The notes under the pieces: generated by a model
What the model was told of the DNA's origin: nothing
Databases searched by the model: none
Seen by the model: the letters and a program-made list of their open reading frames with translations, nothing else
Assembly: GCA_013265495.1 (NCBI GenBank)
Contig: MU058540.1
Location: 209,696-273,695 of the forward strand
DNA: 64,000 bases
Reading direction: 5' to 3'
From: Vicugna vicugna
Taxonomy: Eukaryota
Made by a program: the position numbers and the translations under genes
Part shown: piece by piece, positions 35,540-48,035 of the stretch
Position numbering within the stretch: position 1 is the first letter of the stretch
Layout of the letters: every line of letters begins with the position of its first letter

Positions 35540-36209
35540 TAGAGAAGCAGAGTAAAGAGCCTGAGTGAGAAGATGGAAGCATTTGCCAGGTCTACATGCA
35601 ACATGGAGGCTTGGTCCACAGGAAAGTCAAAAGGGATGGGAAGGGCTTAGATCAACTGTTACTACCTCCTCCAAGAAGGGACCCTCTGAAGGGAGAGGTG
35701 GAACCATCAGAGCCCTGCGCAGCTGGGCTCAAACAAATCCTCTATCTTGATCCGTGGTGTAGAGGATCCTATTCCCCTTTAAGTTTCTGTGGACAAATTT
35801 GGAGTTAAAAAATAAAATCAATTTGACCAAGAAACTTTAAAGGGAAATACTGGATACAGTGTAGGAAAAAAATCCTTTATTTTTGTTTTTTCATTTTTTA
35901 AATTGAACTACAGTCACTTATAATGTGTCAAGTTCTGGTGTACAGCACAGCGTCCTAGTCATGCATATATATACATATGTTCACTTTCCTATTATTTTTA
36001 ATTAAATGTTATTACAAGATATTTATATAGTTCCCTGAGCTATACAGAATAAAATTTTTTTTTAATCTAGGGAAAAAAATCCTTTAAACCTTTAAATCAC
36101 AAAATATATAGGGATTTTTTTAATGTATACAGTTTTTTTGTTAACTTTTAATCTAATTGCATTATAATCCAAGAATCTTATCACTATGATGCATCTTATA
36201 AATTTATTG

Positions 36210-36300
36210 AGGGGGGAGGGTATAGCTCAGTGGTAAAGTATGTGCTTAGCATGTCTGAGGCTCTAGGTTCAATCCCCAGTGCCTCCATTAAAAAAAAGAA
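36210..36300 (+). mobile_element. Vic-1-type SINE
   Basis: GGGGGAGGGTATAGCTCAGTGG ... GGTTCAATCCCCAG followed by an A tail. Confidence 0.85.
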
Positions 36301-36309
36301 AAAGAGGAA

Positions 36310-38590
36310 GAAACAAAGAAACTTACTGAGACTTGCCTTATGGCTTGGAATATGGTCAGTATTTGTCAGTGTTTCTCAAGTGCTCTAACTGGATGCAGAA
36401 TTTTATATATGTTATCAGATCAAAAGTGTTAATTTTGTTGTTCTATCATACCTTTATTTTTGGATTGACCTAGAAAAAAAATAGTGTATTTAAATATCCA
36501 ACTGTAGCTGTAGATTTTTGTATTTGTTTCCATTTTTTAAAGCGTTTCTGCCCTCTTTATGTTCAGACTCTTGGGTGCTTACTTCTGGAAGTATCATAGT
36601 CTCAGTGAATTGAGCTTTTTCCCAGTTTGTACTGACAGTCTTTCTGTCTTCAAGTCCGTTCTGTCTGACATGAACATACTACACAGCTTTCTTTTTGTTC
36701 GTATTCATTTGATATCTTTTTATATCTTTTTATTTTTTTTTAACTCTCTGCACTAATGCTTTAGATGTAGCTTTTGTAAGTATCAGAAGGATAGATTTTG
36801 GTTTCGATTCAGACTGACCGTCTGTCTTCTAGTTGGTGGTTCAATCCACATATTAGTCAAAGTGGAACAAACTTGCTTCTGCAACAAACACCGAAACTTC
36901 TGTGGTTTAAAAAACAGGTTTATTTTTTCTATCCATGTGCAGTTCAAAGAAGTTTAGACACTCTCTGCAGCTCTTCTCAAAAACTGCCTCGTGAATCCAG
37001 TCTGGCTTCATCTTGCATCTCCACTTTTATAAAGAACTTTGCTTCCAGCTTTGCAGACAGGAGGGAGCCTCTGGAAGGAACACCTGTTCTTATGGCTTTA
37101 GACTGGAAACCACATGCCATTTCTACTCATATTCCATTGGCAAGAATTAAACTATGACCCTGCCTAGGTGCAAAGGGGCTGGAAATATGTAGTTAGGCTG
37201 TGTATTCAGAAAAATGTAATGGTTTGGTGAGAGCATGGCACTATCTTTGCCCCATCTCAGAGCTATATCTATTGTGATTATTGATGCATTTGTTGGACTT
37301 GTTTCTAACATCTTATTTATTTCAATCGTTCTGGGGTTTTTTCCTTTTTTACTCTCCATCATCTTTTTTTAGAAAAAAATTGTTGCCTGTACCTTTCCCT
37401 CTAATCAGATAAGAACCTTAGCATGCTTTCAAATACATTCAAATACTTCTCCTTAACCAACCTTACTCCCCACACATTTTTAGCACCTCCTGAAAATTTT
37501 TCATATTGGAATACTTCCTCCAAAAGTGTTTCAAATGTGATTATTTCTGTGGCAAACCTTCTGAAGATCTGTATGCTAGAGAACATTTTTATTATACCAT
37601 CACTTTTTAATAACATTTAGCTAATGTATGAAATTCTAAGTTTGAAGTTTTTTTTCTCTTTAGTATTTTAAATAATATCATCCCAATGTCTTTTTGCATC
37701 CAGTGTTGACACTAGGAAATCTGATGTCAGTCTTTCCAAAATCTTTCAGAATTTTCTCATTGTCTGATATTTTAAAATTTCATTATATTGTATCTAAAAT
37801 AGGTTTCTCCTTATCTTACTGTAGGACAGAATGGATCCTCTTTATCTTTTAATTCTGAGAATTCATCTCTTTTATTTCTGTAACTCTTTTCTCCTATTTT
37901 TGTCTTTATGGCACTCATATGGCATTTCTCCACCTCTTTTGACTCTTCTCTATTTTCAAATTCTTTTTTTTTAATTGAAGTATAGTTGATTTATAATGTT
38001 ATGTTAGTTTTTGGTGTACAGCATAGTGATTCAGTTATACATATATATTCTTTCTCATTATGGGTTATTACAAGCTATTAAATATAGTTCCCTGGACTAT
38101 ACACTAGGCCCTTGTTGTTTATCAATTTTATATATAATAGTTTGAATCTGCTAATCCCAAACACCTAATTTATCCCTCTCTCCCTTTTCCCCTTTGGTAA
38201 CTATCGTTTGTTTTCTATGTCTGTGAGTCTGTTTCTGTTTTCTATTTTCAGTTTCTTTATCCTTCCATCTTTTATTCTAGGAGGGTCCTTCAGTCTAGCT
38301 TACTAATGTGTTTTTAGCTGTATCTCTCCCACTATTTATTTCCATTAATGTGGTTTTTATTTTGACTATTATATCTTTTTACACCTAGAACTTCTATATA
38401 GTTTTCCTTATAGTCCCTAGTGTTTTTTTCAATAATAGCTTTTTTGTAAATGAATTTTTCACGTTCCTTTTAAGTGGCTAGTCTGTATTTACTTACACTT
38501 CTTATTTTAAGTACATATATGGGCCTGTTTGTTGTTTTTCTTTGGAGATGGTGGTACTCCCTAAAGGGAGGGAGTTATTATCTTGGTTTG
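36310..38590 (-). mobile_element. Old decayed L1-derived region with nested insertions
   Basis: T-rich antisense L1M-like sequence; boundaries approximate. Confidence 0.55.
37965..38240 (-). mobile_element. L1 3' UTR fragment inside an older L1
   Basis: ttttaattgaagtatagttgatttataatg ... tgtgagtctgtttctgttt. Confidence 0.8.
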
Positions 38591-40848
38591 TGAATCAGGG
38601 TGGGGCCAGAGGGGAAACGAGAAACAGGAAATGGCTCCTCCTCCAGCTGCCCCTTATACACGATGTAATAGTATGACTTCGAGGTTCCTGCATCAAATCC
38701 TCATTGCAACTCTTAATTTTTAGTTCCAGTTCACCACCAAGACCATATGTAATAGAATGGTGAAATAGTTTATGTTAACATTCCCCAAACTGAGACAGAC
38801 ACTCATCCGTGTCCCCATACTTTGCTCTGCACCCTGTGAGAGAGATATGACCTTAATCCACAATTGGGATTCAACCAATTAAACCAGCTAACACACTGGG
38901 GTCTCCCAAGGTGGTTTCAGATGCCCCTGAAAGAAGCTGGGAGGAATAAAGTAAAGCCTGGCAGGGTGGGGCGGGGACATCAGCGGACTAGTGGATACAG
39001 TACAATATGACGTGCTATAAAGGAAGACACTGAGTCACTAAGGGCTTAACGACTTTACTATGGGGAACTCCTGCAAAACAGTAGGTCTGCTGGAAGAGGA
39101 GTCTTGTCTGCTACTTAGTAAAGGAGAAGAGCCCTGGAGGTTTAGAAGTGGTGAGAATTCTGGGTGAAATAAAAGGGGGGTCAAGCTGGGTGAGCAGCAG
39201 CATGAAGATGATGTGAGGGCTCATTCCGAGGAAATCAGCCCCATGGTGAACAGCAACCATCCTTGTTCCCACGGCCCCGTGCTATCGGCTAGAGAAGGAC
39301 CCAGGGCGGAGCGAACGTTCCCTAGACCTACCTCCTGGCAGGACACAAATGCAGTATCTGCACCCACATCACAGGCCCAGGATATGTGCTCCCAGGGACT
39401 TAAAAATATGGAGAGTGGGGAAAGGCTCTCGCGTTGCCAAGACAGCACCAGGGATGTCTAGCTCTGACACACAGGTATCTGTTGGTCTCTGGGATTTCTC
39501 AGGAAGGATGCTGTTTAGGGAGAAGTTCCAGAGGAGACCGAGGCTTGTAGACCATTCAATGTGGGGCCACCTTGTCACCATACTTCAAATTGGATATATA
39601 TTAAGTGCTTTCTGTGCCAGGCCCTTTGCAAGGTGCTAAGTGTGACTAGACTCATAGACAGGCAGGAGTTGGCAGGCGATGGGTCTCTGTGGACATTAAT
39701 CACTGGTGCTGAGGAGCACAGAGATTCAAAGAGACTGGAGCTTTAAAGCAGATCTGACGCTGGGGACTCCCCTGTGTCCTCTTCCGTTGAGGAAAGGTTG
39801 TCACCTGCAGTAGGACAGACAGTGTGGTTAGGACTCCCAGTTTAGAATTGCATCCTTCCTCCCTCTACAACTGAGCCCTTCAGTTTCTTCCCTCACAAGC
39901 CCCTAAGAAGAAGGTGGTCTTTCCAATAGATGTTGCCCCTGGATGAGAATCAGTGAGCCGTCAAGAGGTACCTAAGGAGATGTCATTTCACTCTCTCCAA
40001 CATGCCACAGACTGCACTTTCTGAAACACCAGAGAGGCCCAACAAGGAGGTGATGGAAGTTGAAGGAAGTGGAAGTTGGGCACAGTGTATGAAGCTGCTC
40101 TTTAAACGGCCCCCAAAACCATTTAATACCAGGCCCGGGGGATACTTATCTCAGGTAACAGCCAATGAACCTCCATCACTATTAACTATTTCATCCCTCC
40201 TGAAATTTCTGCTCCCTTGACTTATGTGATGAAATATTTTTCTAGTTCTCCTGCCTCTCTGCTTCTTCAAAGTCTCTTTAAGCACCTCTCTTTTGTATAG
40301 TAAGAGTAAGAGAGGCAGTGCTGATGTAACGTATCCCCTGAGATCTAGTTTTTGTTCATGCTACACGCCCAGTGTGAGTCAGCGGGGTAGCCCCGCTGAT
40401 CAGAGTTACTCAGGGAGCCAGAAAGACCTCCATCTTGACATGTGCTCCCCTAATCTCTCAGCTGGGGGAAGGGAACCTGGTGAATGATACACTGACTCTT
40501 AATAAGCCCTCCTGGAAACTTAACATTTATTAAGCCGTGAAGGAAGCCTTAATGTGTTCAAATTAATATCATCTAGGCTTTGTTCTTTGGCTATGATGCA
40601 ACTGAATTCTAAATCAATTAAAAGGGATAAATAAATGAATTCCATATACCTTAAACATGCAATTAATAACCATGGGAATGAAAATATAAATGATGGAAGA
40701 CTTAGTACTCCATGAAAACTTGTATATCAAAAGTAGTGCCTAAAAGGACACATCTAGGTTTAAAATAAATTTATTAGGAAAAGGAAGCCTGAAAGAAAAT
40801 GAACCAATAATTTCCAGTAAGAGAATGGCAAATTAGAAAAACTGCAAA

Positions 40849-40851
<3 letters not shown>

Positions 40852-40897
<46 letters not shown>
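40852..40897 (+). repeat. Poly-A tract (46 nt)
   Basis: Uninterrupted A run. Confidence 0.95.
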
Positions 40898-40900
<3 letters not shown>

Positions 40901-41482
40901 AGCATATAAATAATAAAGACAGGGAAAGAATTCAATGAAATAGAAAACAAAAAATAAGTAAGATAAACAAATCAAATTTTGATTTAATAAGAAGTTTAAA
41001 GAAGCTAATAGACCTCTGGCAAGACTGTTAAGGAAAATAGAGGAGATTCAGAATGAAAAGGGGGAAATAATTATATACACAGATATTTTAAAATGAAAAA
41101 ACATGTTATAATCAACTCTACGCCAATAAGTCTGAAATTTTAGAAAAGATGGATAAATTTCTAGAAAGATATGAAGGTCGAAACTACAGGAAGAAAGGGA
41201 AAACTGAAGTAGAGAAACGAACATCAATATTGAATTCAGAACCAAAGAACAACTTTCCAAAGGCTGCTGTCTGATAACATTGTAGCTGGGTGATTCCAAC
41301 CACATTTCAAAAACAAATCGTTCCTCTCTTATGTAAAGCATAGAAAGTAGAAAGGAGCAAGTTTTCCAAATCATTTTGTAAGGCTGGTACATCTTTTTTC
41401 CAGAGACAACTAAGGACATGTCACCGAACCCAGAAGTGCGTTACAAATATAATACATTTTGATCAAATAAGATCTATCCTAG

Positions 41483-42035
41483 TAGAGTGGAAGTGCCTGA
41501 CGGTTAGCTTTCTGGATTGTGATGTAAGTGCCTGACGTTAAGCTTTTGATTGCTAAGACGTTCACTTCAAAGCATCCATCTCAAAAACAATTGCCGTTTA
41601 CACAACCACAGAAAGAGCCCAGCCTTCAGAAGGCCCTGGGGGACCTGCGTAACTGATCACTTGAGTGACCTTGCTTTTCCCTTCTCATGCTTTAATTCCT
41701 GCTCTATTGTTTTAAATTCACCAATAAAGAATGAATCTGTGAAACCCTAGGCACCCCACCCACAGAACCCCAGGCTCCCCACCTTTCCCTCTAGGACTTG
41801 TCAGTAACATCTTGCTTTTTTTTTTTTCAAAGTTCTCTGATGTTTGTTGCTGTGGTGCCTCTTGCAATCATAATAACCACCAGAAGGGCCATTCCAGCCA
41901 GAATATTGGCTCTGGTTGGAGAAATGTCTGTGGGGGGTCCCCATAACTCATGCCTAAGTGAGTGCTCGGGCCGGGGGTGGGGGGCATTCCTAGCCCACAG
42001 CATCACTGTCGATAGGCTGAGACCAACACAAAACA
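41483..42035 (+). mobile_element. Probable solo LTR inserted into the L1
   Basis: About 550-bp block ending in CA, internal AATAAA, flanked by the 5-bp direct repeat CCTAG (41478-41482, 42036-42040); L1 sequence is continuous across it. Confidence 0.65.
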
Positions 42036-43090
42036 CCTAGGAATGAAATGACTGTTCAATATCAGAAAATCCATAACATGACCCCCAAACCAATAAACCA
42101 AAAAATAAAATTTATATTAATTTCAGGTGAATTTAACTCAGAAATGCAAAAACTGAATTTGATCAATTTCACCACATGGTAAAGATTATAAGCCAAAAAT
42201 CTATAGCAAATATATTAGATGTATTCCCTTTGGGATTATGCAAAATGTAGGATGTCCTTTATTATTTCAAATGTTTAACTAGTGTTGGAGACATCACTAT
42301 GAGAAAAGAGGAAAAGCAAGGCTGTGAAGATGGTCCAGGAGAGACACAATGGCTGCAGAGGCTATACCTGATGTACCGGATAAGACCGCAGCGTCTGGAG
42401 CCCCAGTGCCTGGGTTCAAATCCAGACTCTACACGTTTTAAGCCATGTGATCTTGGACGGATTCCTTCATCTCTCCTTGTGTCTGTTTCTCCCTAGGGGG
42501 AAATAATAGCACCAACCTCCAAACGTAAATAAGCGAATACATACAAATCATGTAGACCAGTGCATGGTACGCAGCGAGCAACCCAGCTGATGTTACTGAC
42601 CACTATATTTATTACTGTTTTCATCTAGTTCAGTGGCTCTAAAATATAAAGTGCTCAAAGAACCCCTGTGGAAGTGTTTCTCCTTCCCATCCACCACTCG
42701 TAACATGCTGCCCCCTCTTCTCCACCATGTCCCTAACAGCCCCACCCCTGGGATGACTCACAGGGGACGCTCTCGGATAACCTGGTCTTCAGGACAACGG
42801 TGCCGGTGATGATGCCCACCAGGCCCACCACCAAGCCCAGCGTGCAGACCACGGTCTCCATCTCTCAGGCACCTGGATCGGCTCCTGGGCCTCTGGGGCA
42901 CAAAAGAAGATGGAATCAGGAAGCGCAGAGAATGTGGGGATGTGAAGGCTTAGAACCCACGAAGTGGTGAAGTTTGAATAAAATGATGATAAAACATGGG
43001 ATTAAGGAAGCAGGTGTTGAGGGATGGCTCCGGGAAATAAAGGTGGTGTCAGGACGGTGATGGCAAAGGTAGGGGTGGGGGGCATCCACA

Positions 43091-43440
43091 TTAAAAAGAA
43101 TAAAATTTTGCCATTTGTAGCAACATGGGTGGACTTGGAGGGCATTAGGCTAAGTGAAAAAAGTCAGACAGAGAAAGACAAATACTGTATGATATCACTT
43201 ATATGTGGAATCTAAAAAATACAACAAATTAATGAATATAACAAAAAAGAAGCAGACCCACAGACACAGAGAACAAACTGGTGTTTACCAGTGGGAAGCA
43301 GGGAGGGGTCATACAGGAGTAGGGGAGTGGGAAGTACGAACTGCTGGGTGTACTGTTCAACACGGGGAAGAGAGCCACTATTTCGTAATAACTGTAAATG
43401 AAAAGTAACCTTTAAAAATTGTATAAAATAAAAAGAATTT
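43091..43440 (+). mobile_element. 5'-truncated L1 3' end in DPA intron 3
   Basis: L1 ORF2 C-terminus (KKNKILPFVATWVDLEGIRLSE) plus 3' UTR and A-rich tail. Confidence 0.85.
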
Positions 43441-44559
43441 TAACAGTGGGGGCGTCCATACCCCAGTGCTTGAGGAGCGGCTGGTCCAGCCCCCAGTGCT
43501 CCACCTTGCAGTCATAGACGTCCTCGGCGGTGGGAAGGAAGGTCAGATAGTGGAACTGGTGGAATCTAAATTCTGTGCTGGGCAGGAAGATGGTCTCAGC
43601 CACACCCTCGGTGACCGCCTGCCCATTGCGCAGCCACGTGACGTTGAGCACCGGCGGGAAGAACTTGTCCACGTGGCAGATGAGGGTGTTGGGCTGGCCC
43701 AGCTCCACAGGCTCCTTGGGAAACATGGTCACCTCAGGGGGCTCTGAGAGGGAATGCAACCTGGTGAGTCTACTGCCTTTGGCTGAATTGCAAAGGACCC
43801 TCCACCCCAGGCCTTATATTCTCCAGATTAGGGCCTTCCTCTCTCAGGCCCACCTTTCCCCTCAACCCCAACCAAAGGCTCCCAGTTCAGAGTCACAGCT
43901 TCTCATGCCCCTGACCTGGCCTCCCTCAGCCCAATCTTTATCTTGAATAAGAAGAAAATGCCTCTTCTGATGACTTAAGTACCCAACTTGTGGATCAAAT
44001 ACTACTCAGTTATGGGGAGGGCATCACTCATGAGTGTGTATTGGGGTCCCCCATTCTCTGTGTGTAGAGGGGCTCTCCCGTCCCTGCAGTTTGACTGTAG
44101 AGGAGTGGACAAGAGTGAGCAGTACCGGATGTGGCCCTGGTGTGGTTGGAGCGTTGGATCATGGTGTTCAGGTTCTTCCTTGCCATGACGATGTCAGCAA
44201 TGCCCCTCTGAGCATCATAGTCAAAGGCGTGAATAAACTCCGGCAGGTGCCAGACAGTTTCCTTCTTATCCAGGTCCACGTAGAACTGCTCATCTTCATC
44301 AAATTCAAACATGTACTCCCCAGAAGGTTTGTGTGTCTGGACAAACTCGGCGTACATTGACACATGGTCCACTGCATGAAGAGAAAGAAAGGAGGCTGGA
44401 GAATGGGTGAACACATAGGGCAGTGAACAGAATACAGGAAGCAGGTAGGTAAAGGGAGGGTTATTAGGATCACGAAGGAATAACACAGAAAATGAGAAAT
44501 GCAAAATGAAAGTAAGGAGAAGAAAGAAATCGGAGGAAACAAGGAGAGAAATGACTTAT

Positions 44560-44850
44560 TGGGAATTCATACCAAGGGAGAAAGGGGGTAGGAAGGGATA
44601 AATTGGGAATTCAAGATTTGCAGATACTACTGTATATAAAATAGATAAACAACAAGTTTATACTGTGTAGTACAGGGATCCATATTCAATATCTTGTAGT
44701 AACCTACAATAAAAAAGAGTATGAAAACGAATATATTTATGTAAATGTATGACTGAAGTGTTACACTGTACACCAGAAATTGGCACAACATTGTAAACTG
44801 ACTATACTCCAATGTGGAAAAAAAAAAGAATATGAAAAGGAAAAAAATTC
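44560..44850 (+). mobile_element. L1 3' UTR fragment
   Basis: Same family as 47760-48035 (gggataaatt ... gatttgcagatac ... ttgtaaactgactatac). Confidence 0.8.
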
Positions 44851-46498
44851 AGGGGTTTCCCTTGTCCCTGAAGAGTTAAGCATCCATCACTCCAGTATGA
44901 TGGTAATGTTGAACACAATAATAAGAATATTTATTGAGGACTTACTATGTGCATAATTTATTCATTGAATTTTCACACCCGCAGGTAAAGCTTTATTTTG
45001 CGTATTCAGTAACTGACCACAGAGATGAGATAACTGTCCCAAGATAACACAACTCCTTATAGAAGCAATATTGACTTGTCCTCTGCTTCCAGTCCCACAA
45101 GATTTCAGAATCCTTACAGGACCAGACATCATATTAGTGATAAAGCTATAGAGCAGGGTGGGGAAGAGGAGAGAGTAGAGTAAAAATCTTTCAGAGTAGA
45201 AAATGTTTTAAATAGTGAAAGAAATAAAACATATTGGTTCTTTTCATAAACTTCAAGTTACTTTCTTAGCTCCAGGGTAAAAATGGTTGGTTGTGTAATT
45301 TTGTCCACAGAACTTTCATGTTAGGCATAACAAATCTAAAAGTGTCATCGTCATTCACACATTCACAAATTTTCTTGCTGAATTTATGTGTTAAAGTGTG
45401 ATTTCTGTTGGAAATCAAAGTTGCTGCATTTAAAACACCCATGGGATAGTATCTTAATTTTAACTGGTGTGTAAGAAGCAGCAAAAGGTTGACAACAAAG
45501 AAAAGTCTATTGGCATTACAGGGAATCAATAGAAATGAGAATTTGGGGTGGAGAAAGGCAGAGGTACTAAGGTGAAACGACATTGCAGGGTTCATTGGTC
45601 TAACTCTCTAATTAAAGATTTGCCCTGGAAGCTCCCAACACGTGGAGAATCAGTCCTCTCCTTCAATGCTTCTGGTGACAGAATCCATTGACACGCATGA
45701 GTACGTGCAGATTTCCATTGATTTTAGTGGTCAGAGAATCACTCACCCACAGAAAGAAAAAAGAGAAAAAAGAAAGAACAAGCTGGGCTCCACAGATGTA
45801 GTTTGTTCACCTTGGGAGAATTCATTTTCATCATTTTCACAAATTCTTTTTTTTCATTATACAACTATGCATATTTTATGGTTAACAAAATATGCAATAT
45901 ATGCCTGTAAATATTCTTCTGGGGTTTTCCAAGCATCTTATTCATGATAGTTACTATTTGGGTGATTATGGTGCTGTCTAAAATTAAGCACAATAATCAA
46001 AATATCCCTTATGTATTCACATAATGGTTTATAATTTAATGGATTTTCCAACTTCTGCCTCCTTAATTCTGTACACTGGATTCTTCCTCTATATTCTTCT
46101 ATCCAAATTCAAACCATCACCTAAAACACACTGCAAATGTTTCTTCCTTCAAGCTCAGGGCAATCCTACCTGCATTGAATTCCTATGCTTAATCACTATT
46201 TATTTAATAAATGGATAAATTACCTCATATTCACAAATTCTTAAAGATAAAGATCTGGGCATTTTTAAGTAAATTATACTCTTACACATGTTACTTTTCA
46301 TTCTGCCAAAAAAAACATGTACTATAAACCTTTAATCTTCAAGCTCTAAAGATATAACTCAGAAGACGAGGGTTTTGGTTTCAAGCTGCTTGGACTCCAA
46401 AGAATGAGAAAGACGAAGAAAAGATCACTGCTGAGTTATCACAAGGTATACACAAGATCCTACAAGGGAGCCAAAGGGGATATTAAAATCAAAATGAG

Positions 46499-46645
46499 TG
46501 GGGAGGGTATAGCTCAGTGGTAGAGTATGTGCTTAGCAAGCACAAGGTCCTGGACTCAATCCTCAGTAGCTCTATTTAAAAATAAATAAAATTTTAAAAT
46601 AAATAAACCCAATTACCTACCCCCACAAAAAAGTTTTAAAAAATA
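46499..46645 (+). mobile_element. Vic-1-type SINE in DPA intron 1
   Basis: tRNA-like head, TSD aaaatcaaaatgag. Confidence 0.85.
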
Positions 46646-47484
46646 AAATCAAAATGAGATTTAAGTAAGGTTTCCCAAAGATGAGATTTACCTGACGTTA
46701 GCAAAGCAGAGGAAGGGGGAAATGGCATTTTTAGCCAGAGAAGAAGGCTCAGGCGGAGAGAGACATAAAAATGCATGGAGAACTGCATGTCCTTCGGTAT
46801 GGCTGGAGCTAAGAGGGAAATGTGGAGGGGGCTGTATTGTGCTCTGCCTCGTGTGCTAATTGGAGGTATTTGAATTGTATCCCACAGCCCATGGGAATTC
46901 TTGGAAGAACTTGAGAGTAACATGATCATATCCGTACTGGAAGGTGGCAACAGCAGGGAAGAGGGATTGGAGGAGGCTGGTTTGAAAGCAAGACCAGGAG
47001 GCTCTTGGGCAATCAGGTGAGAAGGGATGAGGGTGCAGATGAGGCAGTAACGCGGAGGGCAAGGAGACAAACGGGTGTGTTTGAATGGCAGTAAAGAGAT
47101 GCGAGCCACAGGTATCAGTGGGTAGAAGTAAGGACATGAAGGAATCCAGAATGAGCAGGCAATGTGGAGAACTGTGGCATCAGTGACTGAGAAGGTAGAG
47201 AAGGATAAAGAAGTGAGCGAGAGAAAATAAAATGTGCTGCTGTTAGAAACATGCTGGGGTTAAATTTCTGGGAGACAAAGTGTAGTTGATGCGAGGGCGG
47301 ATGAAATAAGTAAATGGGTCTCAAGTTAGACGGTCCAGTAACATGGACCAGGAATCCTCGTGGCAAGTGAACTTAAAAGTTTGGATTAGATAACTCAAGA
47401 GAAGTGTATAAAGTCATAATAGCAGGGTCTGAATGTGTAGTCCTGCATCCTGGCAAACACAGACATTTAAGAAGAGGCTGAAAA

Positions 47485-48035
47485 GCAAGACATGGAAACA
47501 ACCTAAATGTCCATCAATAGATGACTAGATAAAGAAGTTGTGGTGTATTTATACAATGGAATGTAAAAAAGAATTAAATAATGCCATTTGCAGCAACATG
47601 GATGGACCTGGAGATCATCATTCTAAATGAAGTAAGCCAGAAAGAGAAAGAAAAATACCATATTATATCATTTATATGTGGAATCTAAAAAAAAGAAAAA
47701 GACAAAAATGAACTAATTTACAAAACAGAAACAGACTAACAGACATAGAAAACAAACTTATGATTATCAGGGGAGAAAGGGGTTCAGAAGGGATAAATTC
47801 GGAGTTTGAGATTTGCAGATACTAATTACTACATATAAAATAGATAAACAAGTTTCTACTGTATAGCACAAGGAACCATATTAAATATCTTGCAGCAGCC
47901 TACAATGAGAAAGAATATGAAAAGGAATATGTGTATGTGTATGTATGACTGAAACTTTATGCTGTACACCAGAAATTGACACAACATTGACAACGGACTA
48001 TACTTCAATAAAAAACTTAAAATTAAATAAAATAA
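47485..48035 (+). mobile_element. 5'-truncated L1 3' end in DPA intron 1
   Basis: gcaagacatggaaacaacctaaatgtcc ... tatacttcaataaaa, TSD aagag(g/a)ctgaaaag. Confidence 0.9.

Larger units (their letters stand above)
40500..42290 (+). mobile_element. Old decayed L1 ORF2-derived region, interrupted by an LTR
   Basis: A-rich L1M-like sequence (caactctacgccaataag, ggaatg ... ttcaatatcagaaaatc). Confidence 0.6.

Noticed and set aside
39200..39600. Possible beta1-exon relic downstream of the duplicated DPB-intron segment
   Set aside because: I could not read class II beta motifs (FDSDVG, VTELG, CRHN) here by eye.
40760..40975. Poly-Phe ORF
   Set aside because: Translation of the 46-nt poly-A tract on the minus strand.
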